NCBI GenBank assembly: GCA_965208675.1
Contig: OZ242351.1
Span: forward strand, 960,001 to 1,024,000
DNA: 64,000 nucleotides
From: Candidatus Poribacteria bacterium
Lineage (GTDB): Bacteria > Poribacteria > WGA-4E > PCPOR2b
Reading direction: 5' to 3'
Shown here: one piece after another, positions 39,466 through 49,493 of the stretch
Layout: each line of letters opens with the position of its first letter
Position numbering within the stretch: position 1 is the first letter of the stretch
Made by a program: the position numbers and the translations under genes
Notes under the pieces: generated by a model
What the model was told of the DNA's origin: nothing
Seen by the model: only the letters and a program-made list of their open reading frames with translations
Database searches by the model: none

Positions 39466-40731
39466 ATGTACAAAACTGAAATTCTATCGCGAATACCCTC
39501 CCAAATCCTAACCGTGCTGCAGGAGATTGGGCAACTCGCCGGGGAAACCGGCCTGTCTGCTTACGCCGTTGGCGGCATGGTCCGAGATTTCCTGCTTAAT
39601 CGTGAGAATTCGGATTTTGATGTCGCCGTGGAAGGAGATGCCATCGGCTTAGCCCAATGTCTATTTGAAAGATGGGAGGGCAAAATCCACGTGCACAGCG
39701 AATTCGGCACCGGAACGTTGACCCGCAGCGATGGGCTCAAAATTGATTTTGTCAGCGCACGACGCGAAACTTATCCGCGCCCGGGTGCGTTACCTTTGAT
39801 TAGATTCGGTACGATATTGGACGACCTCCGCCGCCGCGATTTTTCGATTAATACGCTCGCTGTTTCACTCAATCCTGCCACCTTTGGAGAACTTGTAGAC
39901 GGAACAAACGGCTTGAGAGACTTGCAAACCGGACAAATTCGCGCGCTGCACGATAGGAGTTTTATAGACGATCCAACCCGCATATTTCGGGCGATTCGGT
40001 ACGAAGGACGTTATGGTTTCCAAATCGTGGATAGCGATCAAAAACATATGCGCGATGCGATAGACAAAGGAGTTTTGGATTTAATCAGCGGCCAACGCAT
40101 TCGAAACGAAATCAGCCGCATCTTGCCGGAAGCATCCGCGCCACAAATGATTCGCCGAATGCAAGATTTTGATATCTTTCATGAAATTCACAGAGGGTGG
40201 GAACCTACGCAAGACTTCGACACACTCTACCACACTGCCTTTCAAGCCGTTGATTGGGCTGATAGGCATCTCGTAAATGATTCAGTTGATAAGGTGTCGC
40301 TGTTCTGGATGGCGTTGCTGCGTGACATATCTGTCATTGAATCAGTAAAAGACCGATTATCGTTGGAAAATCAATTGGGTAAAATTCTAATTGCAAAGGC
40401 GCGGCTGGAAAATGTGCTAGCTACGTTACCGGAGAATTCTAAGCGGAGCGAAGTTTATAAATTATTGAAATCGTTCCCGATAGAAGCATTGGCTTTTTCT
40501 ATTGCGGAACCCAATCGACCTCAATGGTGTAAGGAAAAGATTAAAGAATATTTGACAGATTTGAGGTTGACTCGTCCATTGATTAACGGATCGGATCTTA
40601 TTCGATTAAATTTGAAACCGGGGCCAAAATTTGCGGAGATGCTTTGGAATACGTTTGCAGCGCAATTAGATGGACAGATACATAGTAAACAGGAGGCTTT
40701 CCAATTTTTAGGAAGATTCAATGAGAATTGA
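39466..40731 (+). CDS. cca: Class II tRNA nucleotidyltransferase (CCA- or A-adding enzyme)
   Basis: VGGMVRD, DFD, RRETYPRPGALP, DDLRRRDFSIN, SFIDDPTRIFRAIRY. Confidence 0.88.
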   Translation: MYKTEILSRIPSQILTVLQEIGQLAGETGLSAYAVGGMVRDFLLNRENSDFDVAVEGDAIGLAQCLFERWEGKIHVHSEFGTGTLTRSDGLKIDFVSARRETYPRPGALPLIRFGTILDDLRRRDFSINTLAVSLNPATFGELVDGTNGLRDLQTGQIRALHDRSFIDDPTRIFRAIRYEGRYGFQIVDSDQKHMRDAIDKGVLDLISGQRIRNEISRILPEASAPQMIRRMQDFDIFHEIHRGWEPTQDFDTLYHTAFQAVDWADRHLVNDSVDKVSLFWMALLRDISVIESVKDRLSLENQLGKILIAKARLENVLATLPENSKRSEVYKLLKSFPIEALAFSIAEPNRPQWCKEKIKEYLTDLRLTRPLINGSDLIRLNLKPGPKFAEMLWNTFAAQLDGQIHSKQEAFQFLGRFNEN

Positions 40732-41398
40732 TCCGGCTGAAGCAATCTTACGAGTAGTGCAATTTATTATTTTGCTCACTTTTCACGAATGGGGCCATGC
40801 GAAATCCGCGAACATGCTAGGCGATCCCACCGCGGAGGATGAGGGCCGAATGACATTCAATCCTGCGGCGCACATTGACATTATTGGGACCGTGATGCTG
40901 CCGCTGATTGGCACGCTCTTTGGTGGATTGTATTTTGGTTGGGCGAAACCCGTGCCCGTTAATCCTTACAATCTGAGAAATCCCAAACGTGATTTGATGA
41001 TAATTGCCGCCGCGGGACCGATTATGAACATTCTCTGCACAATCGTAATTTTAGGATGCCTATCACTTCTGTCCATAGCGATTGGCTTCCCTGATAACAG
41101 TTCGGCAATACAATCTCTAATCTATGAACAGCTGGAAATTTCGGCAGTTATTAGTGTATTTTTGGCTGTATTCAATATGCTCCCGATTTTCCCGCTTGAT
41201 GGATACAGCGTATTATATGGTCTATTGCCATGGAAGCAGGCCCGATCGTTTGAAAGGTCCCGCCCTTATGGCATGATGATATTAATGGGAATCATCTTTA
41301 TCCCCAGCCTATTGAGAATACCAAATCCGGTCTTTGAACTTATGAGGTTTGTTACTGCAAGCATCTTGTACCTAGTTCAAATTCTTGTCAGATTGTAA
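40721..41398 (+). CDS. Site-2 protease family (M50) membrane metalloprotease
   Basis: HEWGH, GWAKPVPVNP, AAAGP, FNMLPIFPLDG. Confidence 0.93.
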   Translation: MRIDPAEAILRVVQFIILLTFHEWGHAKSANMLGDPTAEDEGRMTFNPAAHIDIIGTVMLPLIGTLFGGLYFGWAKPVPVNPYNLRNPKRDLMIIAAAGPIMNILCTIVILGCLSLLSIAIGFPDNSSAIQSLIYEQLEISAVISVFLAVFNMLPIFPLDGYSVLYGLLPWKQARSFERSRPYGMMILMGIIFIPSLLRIPNPVFELMRFVTASILYLVQILVRL

Positions 41399-41421
41399 TG
41401 AGTCCGGAGGAAGCTACAAAC

Positions 41422-42402
41422 ATGCAAAAAACAAGACTAGTGAGTGGTGTCCGTCCAACCGGACTTCTGCATCTAGGGCATCTAGAAGGGATGTTGAAGA
41501 ACACTGCAAGCCTGCAAGACAAATACGAGTGTTTTCCCTTTATCGCCGATTGGCATTCACTTACCGATGTGACCGACACATCAAACCTTCCCCACTATAA
41601 ACTGCAGGCAGCAATTGATTGGTTGAGTGCGGGAATCGCCCCGGAAAAAAGCACGCTCTTCATTCAGTCCCACGTTGCGGCACATGCAGAATTATCGACG
41701 CTCCTCACCATGGTTACACCGGTGTCTTGGCTTGAGCGTTGCCCAACGTATAAAGACAAAATTCAAGACATCAATCAGCGCGAGGGACCTTCAACCGGAT
41801 TACTAGAATATCCAGTATTGATGACATCGGATGTCATCGTTTACAAAGCCGCCGTGGTGCCTGTTGGCGCGGATAATGTGGCTCACCTCGAAATCTCACG
41901 TGAAATCGTTCGCAGATTTAATCACGTCTACGGCGATGTTTTCCCCGAGCCGCAGCCGCTGTTGACGAAAACCGCGGAGTTGCCTGGGCTTGACGGCCGC
42001 AAGATGAGCAAGAGCTACGGTAATACCATTCAGCTATCCGATCCACCTGAGACCACAACGAAAAATCTTATGAAAATGGTAACAGATCCTGGCCGAGTAC
42101 GCCGCAATGACCCCGGCAATCCAGAGGTATGCCCCGTATTTGCGTATCATAAAGTTTACAATCCCGATGAGGTTCCACAAATTGACCGGGATTGCCGTTC
42201 CGCTGCGATAGGATGTGTCGATTGTAAACGTAATCTTAGCGATAATTTGATTGCTGAACTGACTCCATTCTATGAAAAACGAGCTGAATGGGCGTCAAAA
42301 CCGGAAGTGGTTCGAGAAGTTCTCGGTGATGGCGCAAATCGGGCACGCGGCGTTGCCCAAGAAACTATGGCAGAAGTCAGAGAGGCAATGAATCTAGTCT
42401 GA
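41422..42402 (+). CDS. trpS: Tryptophan--tRNA ligase
   Basis: SGVRPTGLLHLGH (HIGH), KMSKS, VPVG; GGAGG RBS before ATG 41422 (alternative start 41398). Confidence 0.96.
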   Translation: MQKTRLVSGVRPTGLLHLGHLEGMLKNTASLQDKYECFPFIADWHSLTDVTDTSNLPHYKLQAAIDWLSAGIAPEKSTLFIQSHVAAHAELSTLLTMVTPVSWLERCPTYKDKIQDINQREGPSTGLLEYPVLMTSDVIVYKAAVVPVGADNVAHLEISREIVRRFNHVYGDVFPEPQPLLTKTAELPGLDGRKMSKSYGNTIQLSDPPETTTKNLMKMVTDPGRVRRNDPGNPEVCPVFAYHKVYNPDEVPQIDRDCRSAAIGCVDCKRNLSDNLIAELTPFYEKRAEWASKPEVVREVLGDGANRARGVAQETMAEVREAMNLV

Positions 42403-42440
42403 CCGCCTTTAACAGAAATTGTTAACGCTAATGAGACCGC

Positions 42441-43199
42441 ATGGAAAACAGTGTTGAGTTTAATGACTCTCAGGTAAAGCCCGTATATGCCATCAAACTA
42501 GATTTCTTTGAGGGCCCTTTAGATTTACTGCTCCATCTCATTCAGAAAAATGAGATGGAGATTACGGATATCCCAATCGCCGAAATCACCGAGCAGTACC
42601 TAGAGTATCTCAACTTTATGGAACTGCTGGATCTTGATGTCGCGTCAGATTTTTTGGTGATGGCTGCGACTTTGCTTTATCTGAAATCTCAAAGCATTCT
42701 TCCATCTCTACAGGTGGACGATCAAAAACCGTTTAAGGATAGGGAAGATCTTGTCAGACAACTGTTAGCGTATAAACAGTTCAAGGAAGCGGCTCAGGCA
42801 TTAGATTATCATGCAGCTAAGCGGGAAAAAACCTATGGCAGGAGCGTCCATCCGGTTACCGATACGTCCGACTCGCGTGAGATTCAGATTAAGGCGACAC
42901 TGTTCGATCTCCTGTCTGCCTTCAAGCAGGTGATTGAAAGATCGGAGTTTACAGCGGACGACGATCATTACGAAGAAATTCAGGAAGAGCCGATTACCGT
43001 CGAGGAAAAGATGGAAATTGTGCAGCGTAGACTCAGTGAAGAACCGATGAACTTCAATGAGCTGTTCTCAGAATTCGCGAGCAAGATTGAACAGATTGTG
43101 ACGTTTTTGGCAATTCTGGAATTGATTCGCCTTCAGCGAATCTCCGCGGTACAATCCGGACACCTTGAAGACATCTATATTGTGAGACTTGACACGTAA
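42441..43199 (+). CDS. scpA: Segregation and condensation protein A (kleisin)
   Basis: FEGPLDLLLHLI, FLVMAATLLYLKS, VTFLAILEL. Confidence 0.95.
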   Translation: MENSVEFNDSQVKPVYAIKLDFFEGPLDLLLHLIQKNEMEITDIPIAEITEQYLEYLNFMELLDLDVASDFLVMAATLLYLKSQSILPSLQVDDQKPFKDREDLVRQLLAYKQFKEAAQALDYHAAKREKTYGRSVHPVTDTSDSREIQIKATLFDLLSAFKQVIERSEFTADDDHYEEIQEEPITVEEKMEIVQRRLSEEPMNFNELFSEFASKIEQIVTFLAILELIRLQRISAVQSGHLEDIYIVRLDT

Positions 43200-43250
43200 T
43201 AAAAAAACGCCAAAGTTCATCACCTACACCAACGGAACTAATAGAAAACC

Positions 43251-43838
43251 GTGGCTGAAGAACACTCCCTTGACATTCAGGATTCCGAGTTTAGCCCAGA
43301 CGATATAAAATCCATTCTCGAAGCGGTGCTGTTCGCCGTCAGCGAACCAATTTCGCTTAAGCAGTTTAGCCTGATGCTGAATGGGATTTGCACGAGGCAG
43401 ATTCACCAGGTACTCAAGCAGCTGCGAGATGAGTACCGAAATACAAACCGTAGTTTTGATCTCATCGAAATCGCCAACGGGTTTCAAATCTGTACACACC
43501 CCAAATATCACACTTGGATTGAAAAATTTTACACCCGCCAAGTGCGCGTCAAACTCTCACCCGCTGCACTTGAAACTCTCACCATTGTCGCCTATAATCA
43601 GCCTGTTACGAGAAGCGAGATGGAAGAAATCCGCGGCGTTAATAGCGACAGCGTTCTCAACTCATTAATCGAAAAAGGACTGGTTCGCATCGCGGGAAGG
43701 AATCCCGGTCCGGGGCGTTCACTTTTGTTCGCAACGACCGACGAATTTTTGCAACTTTTCGGATTTAAAGATCTTGCCGAATTGCCCTCAATGGAAGAAA
43801 TTGAACAGATTTTAAATGAAACGCAAACGGAATCATAA
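43251..43838 (+). CDS. scpB: Segregation and condensation protein B
   Basis: ILEAVLF, LSPAALETLTIVAYNQPVTRSEMEEIRGV, TTDEFL..FG...L.ELP. Confidence 0.95.
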   Translation: MAEEHSLDIQDSEFSPDDIKSILEAVLFAVSEPISLKQFSLMLNGICTRQIHQVLKQLRDEYRNTNRSFDLIEIANGFQICTHPKYHTWIEKFYTRQVRVKLSPAALETLTIVAYNQPVTRSEMEEIRGVNSDSVLNSLIEKGLVRIAGRNPGPGRSLLFATTDEFLQLFGFKDLAELPSMEEIEQILNETQTES

Positions 43839-44233
43839 GTAATCCCGTGTTCCATTCCCTTTAAAGTCCCTGCACACCCCTGCACATGGGAAATTTATCA
43901 CTAGCGGTTGGGCTAAACTGTTACAACATACTAGGCTAGTCCGAGTATTTCTAGGCGCTGCTACTACGCTCATCCTCGAAAACCTAATAATCTATTGAGA
44001 AATTCCTGTCGAGGCAAACTTAAATCACACACGGGACGCATGTCGGCTGCACGCGTTCCGTGCGCGCCGCCGAGCCGTAAAATGTGTCAAAATAAAGATG
44101 CCGCAAGCATCACTTGAATGGATCGGGGTTACGCTTGGAGGCACCTTCGTAAGAGATTCAACCGCGCTTTCTTATGTTGGCCGCCGCGTCAATTTGGTGA
44201 TTATCGTTTGACCAACAGTGTGTGGAAATTCTA

Positions 44234-44263
44234 TTGACTACGAAACGGGTTGAGGGGTACAAT
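44234..44263 (+). promoter_or_regulatory. sigma70-type promoter for thrC
   Basis: TTGACT-18 nt-TACAAT, ~65 nt upstream of ATG 44330. Confidence 0.5.
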
Positions 44264-44329
44264 TGTTGTTTAAGGACCTTGAGAGGGTTAACGCTGTTGA
44301 ACAGTACGCGATTCTGAAGGAGTGCGGCG

Positions 44330-45664
44330 ATGGAGTATCATGCATGGTTTCAATGCAGTCAAGGCTGTGACGAAAAGTATCCTCTCAATGAGGTCATATA
44401 CCGATGCAAGCAGTGCAATGGTTTGTTGGAGGTTAGACACGACATAGACCTGTTAAGGCGTCGAAGCGGCGCGGCGTGGAAGAAACTGTTTAATGAGCGG
44501 TACATGCGTACGCAATACCCTTATGGCAGCGGGGTCTGGGGAAAGAAGGAGTTGGTGTGCCCGAATATTGACGATGAAAATATAGTATCCATGTATGAGG
44601 GGGGCACCAATCTATTTTGGGCTGAACGGTTTGGCAAGGAGATAGGTCTTTCCAATCTTTGGATAAAGCAGTGCGGGAATAGTCATACCGGTTCGTTTAA
44701 GGACTTAGGGATGACCGTATTGGTGTCCATGGTGAAGCAGGTGGTAAAACGCGGCGGCGACATCAGCGTTGTCATGTGCGCTTCTACCGGCGACACTTCC
44801 GCCTCACTAGCCGCCTATGCCGCTGCGGCAGGCATTCCGGCTGTAATCCTTTTACCGCGGGACAAAGTTTCTCACGCGCAGCTCATTCAGCCGATAGCCA
44901 ATGGCGCAATTACGCTTGCGTTAGAAACCGATTTTGATGGCTGCATGTCCGTAGTCCAGCAGCTTGCTGAAAGGAAAGATTTCTACCTAGCTAATTCCAT
45001 CAATTCGCTCCGAATTGAAGGGCAAAAGACAATCTCGATTGAGCTAGTTCAGCAGTTTGACTGGGAAGCACCAGATTGGGTCATCATTCCGGGCGGGAAT
45101 TTGGGTAATGTAACAGCGTTGGGTTTGGGATTTTTAATCATGCGAGATTTAGGGATTATCGATCGGCTGCCCCGCATTGCTTGCGCTCAATCTAGCAAAG
45201 CGAATCCGTTGTATCAAAGTTTCCTAAATGATTTCAAGACGTTTGACCCGGTCACGGCGCAAGCAACGATTGCAACAGCGATTCGAATTGGCCATCCAGT
45301 TTCGGTAAAAAAGGCGATAAATGTTTTGAAAAAATTCGACGGCATTGTGGAGCAAGCCACGGAGGATGAGTTAGCTAATGCCGCGGCGAGTGCAGATCGG
45401 ACAGGGTTATTCAACTGCCCGCATACAGGGGTTGCACTCGCGGTGCTACTGAAAATGGTCGAAAGCAGATTAATACAACGCGATGATAGGGTAATCGTTA
45501 TCTCGACAGCCAACGGACTCAAGTTCCCGGAGTTTAAGATTGACTACCACCAAAATAAATTGAATGAAGTTCAGCCTCAACATGTTAACTCGCCGATTAC
45601 ACTAGAACCAAGCTATGACACTGTGATGAAAACGATTTCCCATCACCTGAAAACCTTGAACTGA
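44330..45664 (+). CDS. thrC: Threonine synthase (plant-like subfamily)
   Basis: EGGTNLFWAERFG, SHTGSFKDLGMTVLVS, CASTGDTSASL, LRIEGQKT, PGGNLGN, CPHTGVAL. Confidence 0.92.
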   Translation: MEYHAWFQCSQGCDEKYPLNEVIYRCKQCNGLLEVRHDIDLLRRRSGAAWKKLFNERYMRTQYPYGSGVWGKKELVCPNIDDENIVSMYEGGTNLFWAERFGKEIGLSNLWIKQCGNSHTGSFKDLGMTVLVSMVKQVVKRGGDISVVMCASTGDTSASLAAYAAAAGIPAVILLPRDKVSHAQLIQPIANGAITLALETDFDGCMSVVQQLAERKDFYLANSINSLRIEGQKTISIELVQQFDWEAPDWVIIPGGNLGNVTALGLGFLIMRDLGIIDRLPRIACAQSSKANPLYQSFLNDFKTFDPVTAQATIATAIRIGHPVSVKKAINVLKKFDGIVEQATEDELANAAASADRTGLFNCPHTGVALAVLLKMVESRLIQRDDRVIVISTANGLKFPEFKIDYHQNKLNEVQPQHVNSPITLEPSYDTVMKTISHHLKTLN

Positions 45665-45701
45665 CGGCGCAATCATTCAGATGCGCTTTTTCGCGTCGCA
45701 T

Positions 45702-47696
45702 CTAATTTTTCAACACCTTTTTTCCCGCTTCCAGCGTATTGATTATTGCCTCGGCGTCATAGACGCATCCTCCCCATGTACCGCCGCCGATGCTCTGGAG
45801 CGCCGCCCACAGGCGGGTATCCGTCGGAAGCATCTCGTCGGGGGCAAGGTCTGGACGCGGTAGTCTCTCAGCTAAAACTCGCCCTCCTTCTTCTTGCGCA
45901 AAGACGTCGCCGCCATGACCGACTAAATCTACACTGCCTTCCAGTCGATTCCTATCAATCACAATCCGAATAAGATCGCCGTCGATTACCTTGCCTATAG
46001 GCCCGCCAGCCAAGGCTTCAGGTCCAATGTGCCCAATGCACGCACCGGTTGACACACCGGAAAATCGGGCATCGGTAATCAGGGCGATGTGTTTACCGAA
46101 GGACAGGTGTTTTAACGCGGCGGTAATCTGATATACCTCCTCCATGCCAGTGCCCATAGGGCCGCGGCAGCAAAGCACCATTACCTCGCCCGGCCTGATT
46201 TGGTGCTTATCTCCACGCTTAATGGCGCGAATTGCATCGCGTTCCCGAACGAATACACGCGCGCGGCCAGTTATTCGGTAGACGCCATCGGGGTCAACTA
46301 CGCTGGAATCGATAGCGGTACTCTTGATGACTGAACCTTCAGGCGCAAGGTTTCCGCGCGGAAATGCCAGCGTACTCGTCAATCCACTCTCCCGCGCCGT
46401 TTCAGGGCTCATAATCACGTCGTCTGGGGAAACACCGTCACTCTCCATCAGGAAATCCCGTAGGCGTTGGCGCCTCTCAGACTTCTCCCACCAATCAAGG
46501 TTTCGCCCAAGGGTTTCACCCGTAGCGGTGACAACATCTTCCTTCAGCATGCCCAATCCTCGTAGACGAAGCATGACTTCAGGAACACCGCCAGCGAGAA
46601 AGACACGAACTGTTGGATGACCTATAGGTCCATTTGGCAATACGTCCACGAGCCGGGGTGTATTTCGATTGATACGCGTCCAATCTTCGATGGTAGGGCG
46701 TTCCAAACCCGCCGCGTGTGCAATCGCGGGGATGTGCAGGAGCAAGTTGGTAGAACCACCGAAAGCGGCATGAACGACCATCGCGTTTTGAATTGATTCG
46801 CCGGTGAGGATGGATTGCATTGTGATGCCATTCGCTTCGAGGTTGACAAGGGCGCGCGCTGATCGCTTTGCCATATCCAACCAAATCGTTTGGCCAGACG
46901 GCGCGAGGGCAGAATGGGTAAGCGTCATTCCCAAAGCCTCTCCGACGACCTGTGAGGTCGCAGCCGTACCTAGGAATTGACAACCGCCCCCCGGTGTCGC
47001 ACACGCCCTGCAACCGAGGTCAGCGGCATCCTGTAAGGAAATCTCTCCGTGTGCGAAGCGGGCACCAATCGTTTGTATTTTTCCCGCGTCCTCGCCATCA
47101 ACAGGCGGGAGCGTTACGCCGCCGGGCACTAAAATACATGCCAAATCGGACATCGCTGCGAGCGCAATCATTGTCGCAGGCAACCCCTTATCGCAGGTTG
47201 CCACACCCATCACTCCATTGCGTGTCGGCAGCGATCTGATAAGTCTGCGGAAGACCAGTGCTGCGTCGTTGCGGTATGCTAGGCTATCCATCATTCCAAC
47301 CGTGCCCTGTGTGCGCCCGTCACAAGGATCTGAGCAATAACCCGCGAATGGAATTCCGCCGAGGTATTTAAATTCATTTGCGGCAGCTTGCATAAGCAAA
47401 CCTACCTCCCAATGCCCTGTATGGTATCCAAGCGCAATCGGCGTACCATCGGGCGCACGAATTCCGCCCTGTGTGCTCAAAATGAGAAACTGTTTCCGAT
47501 TCAAGTTGGCGGGCGACCAGCCCATTCCGACATTCTGGCTTAGCGCAAACACATCTCCACTTCCCCAATTGAGTAGCATGTCCTCCGTTAGCGGTAAACT
47601 GCCTTGGGGGCCGGGTGAACTCGTCTGTAATTCGTAGATTGCAGAGTCGTTAGAGGCAACTATTTTGTCAAATTCAATGTTTCCATCCGAAACCAT
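45702..47696 (-). CDS. YjhG/YagF-family D-xylonate dehydratase (IlvD/Edd superfamily)
   Basis: [71 protein letters not shown]; start uncertain (47696-47744). Confidence 0.9.
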   Translation of the reverse strand: MVSDGNIEFDKIVASNDSAIYELQTSSPGPQGSLPLTEDMLLNWGSGDVFALSQNVGMGWSPANLNRKQFLILSTQGGIRAPDGTPIALGYHTGHWEVGLLMQAAANEFKYLGGIPFAGYCSDPCDGRTQGTVGMMDSLAYRNDAALVFRRLIRSLPTRNGVMGVATCDKGLPATMIALAAMSDLACILVPGGVTLPPVDGEDAGKIQTIGARFAHGEISLQDAADLGCRACATPGGGCQFLGTAATSQVVGEALGMTLTHSALAPSGQTIWLDMAKRSARALVNLEANGITMQSILTGESIQNAMVVHAAFGGSTNLLLHIPAIAHAAGLERPTIEDWTRINRNTPRLVDVLPNGPIGHPTVRVFLAGGVPEVMLRLRGLGMLKEDVVTATGETLGRNLDWWEKSERRQRLRDFLMESDGVSPDDVIMSPETARESGLTSTLAFPRGNLAPEGSVIKSTAIDSSVVDPDGVYRITGRARVFVRERDAIRAIKRGDKHQIRPGEVMVLCCRGPMGTGMEEVYQITAALKHLSFGKHIALITDARFSGVSTGACIGHIGPEALAGGPIGKVIDGDLIRIVIDRNRLEGSVDLVGHGGDVFAQEEGGRVLAERLPRPDLAPDEMLPTDTRLWAALQSIGGGTWGGCVYDAEAIINTLEAGKKVLKN

Positions 47697-47912
47697 GCCG
47701 ATTTTCCCCTTTTCCTGTTTTCCTGTTTTCATCTTCATTTTCATGGTACATTCCGTAGGGCAAATCTTCCCCGACGTTTCTCACACCTCGTTATGTTTGC
47801 GATTCAGAGTTTACCTAGGTTAGATTTATCATTGCGGGGCCATTGATGCCTTTGTTTCGGCGTTAAGACTATCAGAAGTTTCACCGCCATGTCAATTCAA
47901 TTGTCCTTTTGC

Positions 47913-47941
47913 TTGACAATATTGGATGGTAGTGATAATAT
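47913..47941 (+). promoter_or_regulatory. sigma70-type promoter of the thrC2-recD2 leader
   Basis: TTGACA-17 nt-TAATAT. Confidence 0.55.
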
Positions 47942-48035
47942 AAAAAAGTTTAAGGGCACGGCGAACACTGTGTGATGAATTGACCGTGGGCAGAAAACGT
48001 GTTTTCTCGACGTGAATAAAAATAAAAAACCTTCG

Positions 48036-48137
48036 ATGACTTTAACAAATGATGTAGTGAATCACCCAAATTGTCGTGGAGCATTGCTGCCGCATTATTC
48101 TAATCAATGCGTTGGAGTGAAAATAGGCAAATTCTGA
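48036..48137 (+). CDS. Putative leader peptide (33 aa, two Cys)
   Basis: MTLTNDVVNHPNCRGALLPHYSNQCVGVKIGKF*, located between promoter and terminator; no strong SD. Confidence 0.3.
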   Translation: MTLTNDVVNHPNCRGALLPHYSNQCVGVKIGKF

Positions 48138-48174
48138 TTTTAACTGACAGTGCTTTTTGATCGTATGTTCCTTT

Positions 48175-48214
48175 AAAAGCCTATTGTCGCATAAGTGATG
48201 GTAGGCTTTTTTTT
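48175..48214 (+). terminator. Intrinsic terminator in the 5' leader of thrC2 (attenuator-like)
   Basis: aaaagcctattgtcgc-ataa-gtgatggtaggctttt stem (four G.U pairs) with a run of 8 T, 24 nt before the ATG. Confidence 0.8.
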
Positions 48215-48238
48215 CACGGTTACCGATTGGAGAGAAAA

Positions 48239-49474
48239 ATGGAAGAAAAGGTATTGGGATTGAAGTGCCGCGAATGCGATAGGAAATATCCTAAAGAGCC
48301 AATTCACGTTTGCGAATTCTGTTTTGGGCCGCTGGAAGTGGATTACAACTATGAATCAATCCAGAAATCCATTTCAAGGAAATCCATTGAACGAGGTCCT
48401 GCCAACCTCTGGCGATATATCGACCTGTTGCCTATTGACGGCGAACCTACCGATGGATTGAACACGGGTTTCACACCGCTGATTCGTGCGAAAAATTTGG
48501 AAGCAGCCCTAGGTGTCAGAGAATTGTATGTTAAAGATGACTCCGTGTGCCATCCGACGCTGTCGTTCAAGGACCGGGTGGTTTCTGTGACGCTGAGCAA
48601 AGCGAAAGAGTTCGGCTTCGATACCGTGGCATGCGCCTCGACCGGAAACCTCGCAAACTCTGTCGCAGCGAATGCAGCCGTCGCCAATTTCGACTGTTTC
48701 ATATTTATCCCGGCCGACCTCGAAATGGCGAAAATCGTTGCATCGCTGGTTTACGCGCCGACGGTGGTCGGCATTATGGGAACGTATGATGATGTCAACC
48801 GGCTCTGCAGCGAGATTGCGGGTGTATATCCGTGGGCATTTGCGAACATCAACACCCGTCCGTTCTACTCGGAGGGGTCGAAGACTTTCTGTTATGAAAT
48901 CATTGAGCAACTCGGCTGGGAAACACCGGATAATATTGTTCTACCGGCGGCGGGCGGATCACTTGTCACCAAAGTGGGAAAAGCACTTAAGGAATTCCAC
49001 ATATTGGGATTGATTGATGAGCCAAAAACAAAGATTCATGTTGCTCAAGCTGAAGGCTGCGGGCCAATTGTCACAACACTGAAGGAAAACAGTGATTTCG
49101 TCAAACCGGTTCGCCAGCCTAATAGCATTGCAAAATCACTCGCAATTGGAAATCCTGCGGACGGAATATATGCCGCCGCAACGGTACGCAATTCAGGCGG
49201 GCGCGGGGAACATACAACTGATGAGGAAATCGTCGACGCAATTAAACTCCTTGCAGCGACCGAAGGCATTTTTACGGAGACGGCGGGCGGCGTCACGCTC
49301 GCAGCAACTCAGAAACTAATTGAGACTGGGCATATAGGCCGGGACGAGTCCATCGTTGTCGGAATTACAGGGAATGGGCTGAAAACCATCGAAGCACTCG
49401 ACGGTAAAGTATCGGAACCGCATGTGATCCAACCTCAACTCAATGCGTTTCGGAAATTGATGAAAACACTATAA
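48239..49474 (+). CDS. thrC: Threonine synthase-family PLP enzyme (second paralog, N-terminal Zn-ribbon)
   Basis: CREC...CEFCFGPL, PTLSFKDRVV, CASTGNLANS, YDDVNRLCSE, SEGSKT, AKSLAIGNPADG, ETAGGV, TGNGLK; GGAGAG RBS. Confidence 0.82.
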   Translation: MEEKVLGLKCRECDRKYPKEPIHVCEFCFGPLEVDYNYESIQKSISRKSIERGPANLWRYIDLLPIDGEPTDGLNTGFTPLIRAKNLEAALGVRELYVKDDSVCHPTLSFKDRVVSVTLSKAKEFGFDTVACASTGNLANSVAANAAVANFDCFIFIPADLEMAKIVASLVYAPTVVGIMGTYDDVNRLCSEIAGVYPWAFANINTRPFYSEGSKTFCYEIIEQLGWETPDNIVLPAAGGSLVTKVGKALKEFHILGLIDEPKTKIHVAQAEGCGPIVTTLKENSDFVKPVRQPNSIAKSLAIGNPADGIYAAATVRNSGGRGEHTTDEEIVDAIKLLAATEGIFTETAGGVTLAATQKLIETGHIGRDESIVVGITGNGLKTIEALDGKVSEPHVIQPQLNAFRKLMKTL

Positions 49475-49493
49475 TCCTCAGCCAAAAATAGAC

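Noticed and set aside
44008-44065. c-di-GMP-I riboswitch-like words GGCAAAC...GGGACGCA
   Set aside because: The intervening sequence cannot form the GNRA-capped stem and the following AA/P2 elements are missing; a simple hairpin (cacgggacgcatgt/tgcacgcgttccgtg) explains the segment.
47940-48215. SAM-I riboswitch, T-box or Thr-rich leader before thrC2
   Set aside because: Consensus elements are not visible by eye; kept only as an unclassified attenuator candidate.
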